Below, piece by piece: positions 51,133-64,000 of a stretch of 64,000 bases of DNA. Within the stretch, counting starts at the first letter, position 1. The number at the start of each line of letters is the position of its first letter. The DNA comes from the human T2T-CHM13v2.0 reference genome, Homo sapiens. Position numbers and translations under genes: made by a program. The notes below the pieces were generated by a model. That model saw only the letters and a list, made by a program, of their open reading frames with translations, was not told where the DNA came from and ran no database searches. The stretch is from assembly GCF_009914755.1 (NCBI RefSeq), contig NC_060936.1; one strand, given 5' to 3'.

Positions 51133-53725
51133 ATTTAAAGTAGGAAGGGCTACCGTTTGCTTCTGGCCAAGCTTCACCTCTAACCATAGGATCTTTTAAA
51201 AGACTAGTTCTGAGGTCCTTTACTCTGAGTAGGTATTTATGGAATAAGCCATTATGTATTGACATTAGAATCAGTTAAACATAAATTTTTTTCTCTTTTT
51301 ATGCACTACTTGACATCAAAAGCAAAAAGAGGTAAGTTGGCTATAAACCTGTAGGTGAACCTAATTTTTCTTAGTAGATTTGTTCCTGAGTAGCTTTGCT
51401 TCAATTAAATTTCTGTGAATCAAATACTTTTACATTAGGAAGATTGTCATTGGAAATTCTTATTCTTTTCTTTGAAAATGAATAAGCATCTTCTGTAAAC
51501 TTAGATTTTCAAGATATCTAGTATTTAAACATTTTGCTTTTCCTTTAATCAAGTTATACTTACGGTTTAATTTGCTTGTGAAGACAAGGCATTTTCAAAC
51601 ACTTGGTTTAGTTTTGAGATAACTGAATTGTTTCTCCCACCAGAAATGTGGATTACATGTTATAAGTCTTTCCTATTTTCTTAAAAATGAAAAAAAAAGC
51701 CAAGAAACAACTGACATTGGTGAAAGTCTGTAATTTTCAGATCCATTGATTTACAGAAGAAGATGCCCTGAACCTCTCAGAATATTTTCTAGTGTGATTT
51801 TTTTTAATGATTAAAAAAAATGAAGAAAATATTAAACAAGAAGATCAAACACATTTCATTGAGTGGTGTCTCATATGTTTTTCTTGTTTGGGATCTATTT
51901 TTATAATTGATCTTTTTAGTGGATTCTTGATTGTAGTTTAACTTATTTCTCTTTTGTTTCTTTTTGATGATGCATCAATTCTGACATTTCAAAGGTACAG
52001 CTGGTCTTCATTAGATATGTGCTGTTATTGACTTTGCTTAACAAGAACAGACCATCATCGTACCACCTTGAGTTAACTCTGTGCCAGCTGGCCTTGCTCT
52101 TGAGAAGGTCATTTCTAAACAGAAGGTTATTTTTTGAAAGATTTTTAACTGGTATAAGAATCTGGCAGCAGAATGTACTTTTACCTCTTGGTGCCACTGT
52201 ATTTAATTACCCTCTCCCCATTTATCCTCCATGTCTTTCCTACCATAAGCTATTGATAACACACATGCTCATGGTTTAATTGTAAGTTGTTCAGAAATAG
52301 AAAGCTGACTGTACTGCAGGGCGTTTTTATATTTCTCTTTTGCAAGATTTGAAATAAAAATAGATTTTTGCATGAATATTACTTTGTTTTATCAGCTAGT
52401 CATCTGATATTCATCAGGACAGCAAATGGGAAGATGGGTGAAAGGTTTTGTCAAATCTATAACCACTGAAAAATCTAAAAATGCTCCCTCTCTACTTAGC
52501 AAGGCATGCTCTCATTCTACATCGCTGAAGACGACTTTCATGCTTGTCACTGAAGTGTGATGAACTATATGCAGTTGTCATTTATGTGAAGGAGGAACCA
52601 GATGCTTTTTAAGATTTGTCACCAGGTCTTATTTTTGCATTGTCTATATTGAAATTTTTTGATGTGTTTCAACAATTCCTTCTTTTTGTTCTCTGGAAAT
52701 TTTTAACGAAGAATGATTGTTTCTATCAAGAGTATACGCTATAATGGACTTTGCTGTGTTAAAGACTGATGTAAATATGTCTGAAGTGTTTGGTGATATA
52801 AATTAGCAGATTTCACCCGATAAGTCAGAAATTACACTATCATCTGTGGGTACTTTTAGAATAACTGATGTTTTAACAGGGGATGTAATACGTTTGGTGA
52901 AAAGGGATGAGATAGCCAACTCTATGTGTTTGATTATAAAATGCTGACAGTGCTTCACAGCTCTCCATTTTTATTCATATCAGTGTACCATTAAATTCAT
53001 CATTAGATTTTTGAAAATAGTTATTTTCCTAGCTACTGTTAATATTTATGTAAATGTTTCTATCTCATGCTCTTCTTTTATATATAATATTTCTTTCTCA
53101 GTTTTTCCTTATTATTTCTAAATTCTCTACTCTATATGTGTGTTTTTCAGTTTATTTGTTTAGGAATTCATAGGACTGTTTAAATGTTCAAGTTGTTACT
53201 ACAAGGAGAATGTATTTTGATGCTTCTTTCCATTAACCTTTCTGTTAATTCACTAACATTATTAATCATTTTGTAGATTTAGTGAGGAATAATTTACTGG
53301 TTATGTTATTTGGCACATCTTAAATGATGGCAATTTAAAAATTATTTTCAAGACTTATATATTAAAGTCCTACAGTTACCAAAGAAGAATAATTGATCAT
53401 CTGATAACACTAAATTAACCTTAAAATCTTTATCAGATAATATTTATCCATTCTTATTCCTTTTGTTAGAAAGATGTTGTTACAATGACAGGGATGTCTA
53501 AATTGTAAACTCTCCTTTCAAGTGAATTAATTAAACAGTGACATTGATGATACTAATAAATAAATCCAAGGATTTTTTTTAAGGGAGGTGGTTTGCACCA
53601 CATAAATTCCCTAGCAAAGTGTTGTGGGGAATTGAAGAATTATAAGGCAGGGTCCTGCCTGCTCTCAAGGAGCTGCATAGTGTGGCTAGAGAGAATAGAT
53701 ATACTGCAAGGGAAGCAGGGGTCTA

Positions 53726-54355
<630 letters not shown>

Positions 54356-54600
54356 TCACAAACATTCTCTCACCTGATCTTCACGTGAACCCTGCAAGAT
54401 TGGTATTTAATGTTCTCACTTAAACGGATAGAAAAACTGAGGCTAAGAACAGTTAAGTCACTTCTTCAGTGTCCCTAGCTACTGGTTGTTGGAACTGGTA
54501 TCTAAAAGAGAGACAGAGATCTTTCTGATGGACTCTAAATTTCATGCTGAAATGGAGAAGAGCTGAAGAGCACAGAGGAGAGAGAATAGAGAATAAAGAG

Positions 54601-54958
<358 letters not shown>

Positions 54959-55221
54959 TTAAGACTCCAGTGCATCTAAGTGTGTTAGTAACTGATTATG
55001 GAGAGCACCTTTGTGCTATTATCAGAATTCCTGGGTGTGGGAAACTTTTATAACTGTGCAACTTTTCTATCTCCACGTCAGTGCACAGTATATGGACATT
55101 TATATTTTCTACTAACACAACTGACATTCCACTCCCGTCAGTTTAGTTTCCCCCAGTACCACTGTTTTGACCACTTTCACACTTCTGTCTATAGTGCTTT
55201 TGCTAAGAAGGAATCTGCTAA

Positions 55222-55545
<324 letters not shown>

Positions 55546-55766
55546 CCAGATTATCCTTCTTAATTTGTGCTTCTTGCCTTTCGTATATATCTTTTTCATT
55601 TTGAGTTTCCTTGAATTAAAACTTTTTAATTCAACTCTTGGATTGCTTAGTTTTGAATAATTTGAGAGAATTTGGGCTGTTCTTGGTTTATTTAGACTGA
55701 AGAAGTACTCTCGGCAGAGTAAGAAGGAGCACTAACTGCTTCTACTTTGGAGCAAGTATCAAAGGC

Positions 55767-56165
55767 TGTGTTAGTCTGCTGGGGCTTCCATCACGAATGA
55801 CCACAGACTGGATGCCTTAAACAACAGAAGTTAATTTTCTCACAGTTCTGGAGGCCCGAAGTTCAAAATCAAGGTGTCCGCAGGTCTGTTTTCTCCTGAG
55901 GTCTCCGTCCTTGGATTGCAGAAGGCCACCTTCTCACTGTCCTCGCATCTCTGTGCACTGCATCCCTGGTGTCTCTCTGCATGTATTAATCCTCTCTTCT
56001 TTACAAGGACACCAATCAGATTGGATTAGGGCCAACTCTAACAGTGTCACTTTAATTTAGTCACCTCTTGTAAAGGTCCTGTCTTCAAATACAGTTGCAT
56101 TCTAAGGTTCTGAGAGTTAGGGCTTCAATATATGAATTTAGGGGAACACAATTCAGTCTATAACA
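55767..56165 (-). mobile_element. MaLR solo LTR (MLT1B-like)
   Basis: tgtgttagtctgctgggg...ttaaacaacagaa...tctcacagttctggaggc...cacaattcagtctataaca. Confidence 0.85.
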
Positions 56166-56329
56166 TCATGGGCCATTCCACTGAAAGGGCGTGGGTGGAC
56201 AGTCAGAAACCTGGGCACAAGTTCTCACTCTGCCACTCTCTCCATGGGCCCTAAGAAAATCACTTAACCCTTCTGATCCTCAGTGTTCTAATCTGTAAAA
56301 TGGGCATTATGACTACCAATCTCAGTTGA

Positions 56330-56632
56330 GTTTGGTTTGTTTGTTTGTTTTTGAGACAGAGTCTCGCTCTGTTGCTCAGGCTGGAGTGCAGTGGTGTGAT
56401 CTCAGCTCACTGCAACCTCCACCTCCCGGGTTCAAGAGTTCTCATGGCTCAGCTTCCCAAGTAGCTGGGACTACAGGCACGCCCTACCATGCCCAGCTAA
56501 TTTTTGTTAATTTAGTAGAGATGAGTTTTCACCATGTTGGCCAGGCTGGTCTTGAACTCCTGAACTGAAGCTATCTGCCAGCCTCAGTTTCCCAAAGTGC
56601 TGGGATTACAGGCATGAGCCACTGCGCCTGGA
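56330..56632 (-). mobile_element. Alu (AluS)
   Basis: Antisense dimer inserted in a MIR. Confidence 0.92.
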
Positions 56633-56688
56633 CTCACTTGAGTTTTCTAGGCACTAAAAAGCTTTTGTTCATTATAAAAGCCATACAG

Positions 56689-57130
<442 letters not shown>

Positions 57131-57498
57131 TTACCATTATTTCTCATCCTTCTTTCTTCTACATTTCTTCTGCCCGCTCTTCCTTTTCTGTCATTGCCTA
57201 AAATCCCTATTAATGAATAGTTTGAAAGAACATGGCCAGGTTTGCAGAAAGAAGAAAGAGAGATATCCTTTTCCCTCCCATAAGGACTAAAAGAGGATGT
57301 CTCTGTGCTTTGATCATTAACCATGGCGTGTTGATTTTAGGACAATCTATAACTCTCTGTCAATTTCCTACTTAACAGCTTTCAAAATTAAATGTTCTTG
57401 CTTTTCTACTAACTGTTAATCATCTGTTCTTATTGAAAGGTCTTTAATGAATATTGACTGTTTACTCCAAGTTTATAAGATTTTTGGTCTAAAGTGGT

Positions 57499-57897
57499 TG
57501 TCTTAGTCCATTTTCTGTTCCTTATAACAGAATACTTGAAACTGGGTGATTTATAAAGAAAAGGAATTTGTCATTTGCAGTTATGGAGGCTGAGAAGTCC
57601 AAGGTCACGGTGAGAGCCTTCTTGCTGGTGGGGACTCTGCAGAGTCCCAAAGTGGTGCAGGGCATCACATGGCAAGGGGGCTGTACATGCTAAGTCAGGT
57701 CTGTCTTCCTCTTATAGAGCCACCAATTTCACTCCCATCATAACCCATGAATCCATTAATCCATGAATGGATTTATCCATTCATGAGAGCAGACCTTTAT
57801 GATCCAATCACCTCTTAAAAAGTTCCACCTTTCAATACTGCCACATTGGAGATTAAGTATCAACATGAATTTTGGAGGGGATATTCAAACCATAGCA
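57499..57897 (-). mobile_element. MaLR solo LTR (MST family, MSTD-like)
   Basis: TG...CA termini, perfect 5-bp TSD GTGGT (57494-57498, 57898-57902). Confidence 0.88.
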
Positions 57898-58120
57898 GTG
57901 GTATCTATTTAAATCTATTTACTTTCAAATAGATAATAGCAGCATGTTCTATGATAGCAATTGTTCAAAGAAATTTATTAAACCTTTTTTATAGACAGTC
58001 TTGGGAAGAATACAGCAAGTTAGCAAAGATAATAACTAAGAGTCTCATCAAGAGGCGTGTGTGTTCCTTATATCATCAACTTCCATTTCTCCTGCCTATT
58101 TTTAAGGATATGAGTATGTG

Positions 58121-58406
58121 GGCTGGGCGCAATGGCTCACACCTGTAATCCCAGCACTTTGGGAGGCCGAGGCAGGCAGATCACGAGGTCAGGGGATCGA
58201 GACCATCCTGGCTAACACGGTGAAACCCCGTCTCTACTAAAAATACAAAAAATTAGCCAGGCGTGGTGGTGGGTGCCTGTAGTCCCAGCTACTCGGGAGG
58301 CTGAGGCAGGAGAATGGTGTGAACCCAGGAGGGGGAGCTTGCCGAGATCACACCACTGCACTCCAGCCTGTGCGACAGAGTGAGACTCCATCTCAAAAAA
58401 AAAAAA
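58121..58406 (+). mobile_element. Alu (AluY-like)
   Basis: Full dimer. Confidence 0.93.
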
Positions 58407-59239
58407 GAATATATGAGTTGCCCATTTTCAAAACAGGAAAGGAAAAGAAGAAAGCACACGTCCCTTTTTTTCTCACTTGTTGAAGGAAAGAGACTGAAAA
58501 ATCATGAACTTATGAAAGATAGAGGAAGAGGTGCCTAAGGAGAAAGAGAATATTTAAGTAAGAGGATTAATACCTATATATGTCAGAAGAAGAAATGTAG
58601 AAATATAGTTTTTACACGGTGGAAAAGAAAAGTTTCTCTAAACTGTAGACCAACAAACTTTGCCTCATCCTCGGCAAATTTCTGGAAATGGATGAATTAC
58701 AAATGCTCTCTATAGAATGGGGATTGTTAAAAGCCAGTGTGAGTTCATCAAGAATGACTTGAACTGGACTACCCACATTCTCTATCTCATAAGACCAGGG
58801 AAATGGTAAAATAATGTGTCTGAACTTGGGCAAGCAATTAACCAGGCATTTTTTTTTAATATTCTTGAGACAAATAGAGAAATCAATTCTAGAGGATAAT
58901 ATAATTGTGTAGACTCATAACTAATTGAATGATATGTGCAAAGGGTCCAAATTCATTGACTTATATTTATGAAATATGGTCTTCACTTAGCCTGACCTTA
59001 TTATTAATTGCTAATCTTACATAAAGCTATCGAGGTCATGATTCTCATATTTTCTGATTTAAGAGAGAAATAAATGCTAAATGATGGAATAGGATCCAAA
59101 ATATTCATCAGATAGGAAGAGGCGAAATATTTCACATGTATTTTAAACATAAAGTTTAAATGGATATGAAATATTGTGCTGGAATTCCAAGCACTGTAAG
59201 ATGGAGGAAAAATGACTTTATAGCACTACCTGTAAACAA

Positions 59240-59960
59240 AGCTCAATGGAAATAGCAGTGTGATGTGGCTGCCCAAAAATGCCATGAGGTTTCTGCTGTT
59301 TTAATAGGACTGGGATGTCTCAGATAAGACAAGACAGTGCCACTGTACTCTTCACTGGGCATATCTTACCACACATGATTTCCTTTCTTATCACCTCATT
59401 TTTAGAAGGATGTGCACAAACCGGAACAAGGTCAGAGAGCAAGGAGACGAGTGAGGGAAATTGACATCACGTCTTAAAAGGAAGAAATGGGGTTGGGCCT
59501 GATGGCTCACACCTATAATTCCAGCACTTTCAGAGGCCGGGGCGGGTAGATCATTTGAGGCCAGGAGTTCGAGACCAGCCTGGCCATGGTGAAACCCCAT
59601 CTCCACCAAACATACAAAAATTAGCCAGGCATGGCAGCACATGCCTGTAATCCCAGCTACTCTGGAGGCTGTAACACAAGAGTCACTTAAACCTGGGAAG
59701 TGGAGTTTGCAATGAGCCAAGATCACGTCACTTCACTCCAGCCTGGGCAACAGAGCGAGACTCCATCTCAAAAAAAAAAAAAAAAGAAAGAAAGATAAGA
59801 AAAAAAGGAAGAACTTGGATACTTGGCCTGAGGAGAACTCAGAGGACAGAGATAGTTTTCATGGGAACACGTGGAGCATCCGGAGGTTGTTTATGGTCAT
59901 GAGGGAAAGAGATGTGGTGTGGAAAATACGATCTTGTGAAAAAGTAGGGATGCATTAGTT
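59240..59960 (+). mobile_element. L3/CR1 fragment split by an Alu
   Basis: cagtgtgatgtggctgcccaaaaatgcc...ccactgtactct...cacctcatttttagaaggatgt CR1-type motifs. Confidence 0.5.
59490..59806 (+). mobile_element. Alu
   Basis: Full dimer. Confidence 0.9.
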
Positions 59961-60048
59961 CTCAAGTCAGGAAAATGAGGAGGTGGAGTCAAGCGATGCT
60001 ACAGGAGACTGTTTGCCACAAAGAGTTGCTGCTGTGCCTGCCCCAGAG

Positions 60049-60251
60049 CACTTGGGCCCAAAGAAGCCACCTCTGCAGCCTCACTACTCATCGTGGCTGG
60101 GTTTGGTCTCCACAGATGGGCTTTCACTCACATGGTGCTCACCAGTGCCCACTGCTGCCATCTGGGCCAGGTGTGGAGCCAAAACATAGAAGTGTTCCTT
60201 GTCTCCTACATGAGCTGTTCCTTCCCATCCCAAACAGCCACCAGTGGGCTC
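60049..60251. promoter_or_regulatory. Candidate intronic enhancer: E-box cluster plus a degenerate CTCF-like motif
   Basis: Five CANNTG in 125 bp (60049, 60113, 60129, 60159, 60168) in a locally GC-richer non-Alu stretch. Confidence 0.3.
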
Positions 60252-60278
60252 CTGGACTCCCTAAGGCATTGACTTTTA

Positions 60279-60693
<415 letters not shown>

Positions 60694-61154
60694 TTATTTT
60701 CAGCCACCTCTTTTTAAAAACAATATTATCTTCATTCCTGTACCCTTCATTTTGCTTTGTATTTTTGAGAGCGCTGGTTGCCTTAAAATCAGTATCTCAA
60801 ATCTCTGGCAAAGTTCCTTCTGTTTCTTTGACTCTATGACCCTGATATTTTCTAGAGGTAGCTGGTGTCAATTTGAGAAGCATCCAGAGGAGTGAATAGA
60901 AAAGAGGCCTTAGCATTAAAAAGACTAAATTTAAATCCTTGTTCCGCCACTTCCTAACTGTGTGACCTTGGGCAAGTTAATACACATGCTGAGCTTGGAT
61001 TAATCAGTGGAGGCTTGTAGGACACCTACTGTGATGGCAAATTCTGTGTTTGTTTCTAGCAGGAGAGATTTTAAAAAGAAGTTAAAGAAAAAAATATGTG
61101 AGACTATGATATTCTCCCATATTATCAAAAACACTTATTTTCCTCAATGTAGGA

Positions 61155-61610
61155 ATAGTGCAAGCCTGTCGACCCAGCTATTTTAGAGGCTGAAGTGGGA
61201 GCATCACATGAGCCCAGGAGTTCAAGACCAGGCTTTAAGAGACCCTGTCTCTTAAAACAGATAACAAATGTAAAGTTTATAGGAAAGATTACATCATGTT
61301 GATTCAGCAAATATTTTCCTCTCTTATTTCTCCCTTTCTTTTCTATCTTCCCTTCTACGTGAGGCCCTTGTTTATGGAGGAATGTCATACAAGGGTACTC
61401 TTCTTGTGCATATCGAGACAGACCTATAGATGCTTTGAGCTATAATATTCCATATTCATCCCTGCCCTGGAGGCATTAGTAATCTCTTGAGCCAGGCACA
61501 GTGTACACACTTGTAGTCCCATCTACTCAGGAGATTGAGGCAGGAGGATTACTTGAACTCACTGCATTACAGCCTGAGCGACATAGCAAGACCTGGCCTC
61601 TAAAAAAAAT
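61155..61610 (+). mobile_element. Two Alu monomer relics (~61155-61257 and ~61490-61610)
   Basis: Degenerate FLAM-like arms. Confidence 0.65.
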
Positions 61611-62211
61611 ACATAAATAATCTCTTGAGTATGCTATGACATTTCCCAAGCCTGTGGCCTTATCATATAAACGTACAGCATTTTCTAATTCCATTCTGAT
61701 CATTTCAAATAAACACTTTAATTTTATGATAAAATGTCTTATTACTGTTACTAAAGACCATAAAAAGTTTGTAGTTACAAAGAAGTTATTTGACTAACTC
61801 ATTATGTTAGATGTCAGCCTAGATATCACAACCTCCAGGAAGCACTCCCTAACCACTTAGATTTAGTTGTGTTTGGTTAGTTAGATTTAGTTATGTTTGA
61901 TTAGTTAGATTCAGTCTAATTTAATTTAATTAACTTCCGCTGTGAGGTCCTGTAACACCCTACACTTTCCCTATCATAGGAGGCAATACAGTGATACTTC
62001 TGCAAGTTCAGCTCAGCCCTTGGACCATACAATCCTGGATTCAAATTGCACCTCTACCTCCTAGTGGAGTTTGTCAAGTTACTTAACCTAAGTTCCCCTT
62101 TCCTTATAGATGAAGTGAGATTAATAAAACAGGGTTATAGAAGAGCATGTATATTAAGTGCCTATACAGTGCCTGAGACATCGTAAACAATAAATAAGTA
62201 CTAGATGCTGT

Positions 62212-62262
62212 CATCATCACCATCACCATCACCATCACCACCATCATCACCATCACCATCAC
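62212..62262 (+). repeat. (CAT/CAC)17 trinucleotide repeat at the end of a MIR
   Basis: Direct read. Confidence 0.93.
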
Positions 62263-62884
62263 ACTTCAATGTAGTTGCTTATTAAATATGCTTATCTTCC
62301 TTGATAAAACAGAGACCACATTTTCTCTGTTCACCTTTTTCCCCCTGCTGCCTAACACAGTTTCTGACACAAAATAGGAGTTTAGTAACTTGACTGTTGA
62401 ATGGTTTAGACAAACCCTGGTGGCCAAACAACAGCAATGGCTTTGTGGGTTCTACAATGCCTGCTCCTTCATGCACATAGTTGTCATCTTTTATTCCCCC
62501 CAAAGCAACGAGATGTGGTCTAGTTCCTTCAAGGGTGAGCCTAGCAGAATAGATCCTAGACGGAGCAGGGGAGATCACTCAGAGCCTGCAGCATCTCAGA
62601 GCTACAAGGGACTTCCTCAGCCTCCCAACCTACCTCCTTCATTTTACAAAGTACATCCTAAGACACATCCGTGGCTCAGCCAGGCTACAATTGACACAAC
62701 TGGAGGGCTGTAGACCCGAGAAGAGGGATTTAGAAGACAACTGAGTCAGAGCAATGTAGCTACATTTTAGTTTAATTTTTTAAGTCCATCACCATTTTAT
62801 CTATGAAATTTGTTTTTTATTCTTTAAGGATAACACGTAGCTAAGTGCTTATAAATAATAAATGAAAAATAATCATCATTAGCT

Positions 62885-63527
<643 letters not shown>

Positions 63528-64000
63528 TCACTACAAATAAGAAGAATGTCTACCACCTCTCTAGCATTTCATTAAGGGAGTACACTGTGGTTCTGATCAC
63601 CTGCTGTCTGAATTTTACCATAAATTATATTTTGAATGAATAATAATCTGTGACTGTATTGGCAAAACAAAGTCAAATATATGAGATATTTTTAAAAGAT
63701 GTAAGCCATTTTAATACTCTAGTTACTCTAATTCTAAGGATCGCTATTCCACAGAGGCCACTACTCTGCTTTAGAAGAGTTTCATTATACCTCCCTGGCA
63801 ATGTAAGACATAAGGAATCCAGAGTGGTTTTTACATCCATTGCATTTACCCAAATACACCATCGGAGGGCAGCACACACCTGGTTGACTTAACTGCCTGT
63901 CTGGTGGCCTTATCAAAATAGTTGTCAAATTAGTCTAAGACATTCCTAAATTACCACTCAGATAGGCAGGAAAGCTGTTGGAGAAGACAAAAGGAGCAAA

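Noticed and set aside
62212-62262. Apparent poly-His (17 codons) tag or coding run
   Set aside because: No ORF or splice context; simple repeat at the tail of a MIR.

Overview
Human (primate) genomic DNA from inside BICD1 (Bicaudal-D cargo adaptor 1), + strand. Five coding exons can be read directly with canonical AG/GT boundaries and a continuous frame: 3902-4327, 25669-26763, 32724-32875, 35708-36025 and 36995-37188. By my recollection these are exons 4-8; the promoter, first exons and last exons lie outside the window. The rest is repeat-rich intron: about 50 Alus, several truncated L1s with readable target-site duplications (TSDs), solo LTRs, Tigger/hAT DNA-transposon relics, MIR/L2/L3 fragments and long (TA)n tracts. 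Almost all entries in the ORF track are Alu, L1 or microsatellite artefacts. I found no prokaryote-type novel system. The most interesting signals are: (1) a C-terminal switch at exons 7-8 (two donors, a dual-frame exon, read-through stops next to poly(A) signals); (2) RBFOX-type GCATG motifs just after five donors; (3) two phase 0-0, stop-free exons bracketed by inverted Alus, which could give circRNAs with endless ORFs; (4) a ~675-bp Alu-Alu-mediated tandem duplication with a chimeric Alu; (5) a deeply nested transposon stack; (6) a perfect CTCF core motif and an E-box cluster. Repeat subfamily names are from memory of consensus sequences and Alu ends are approximate.
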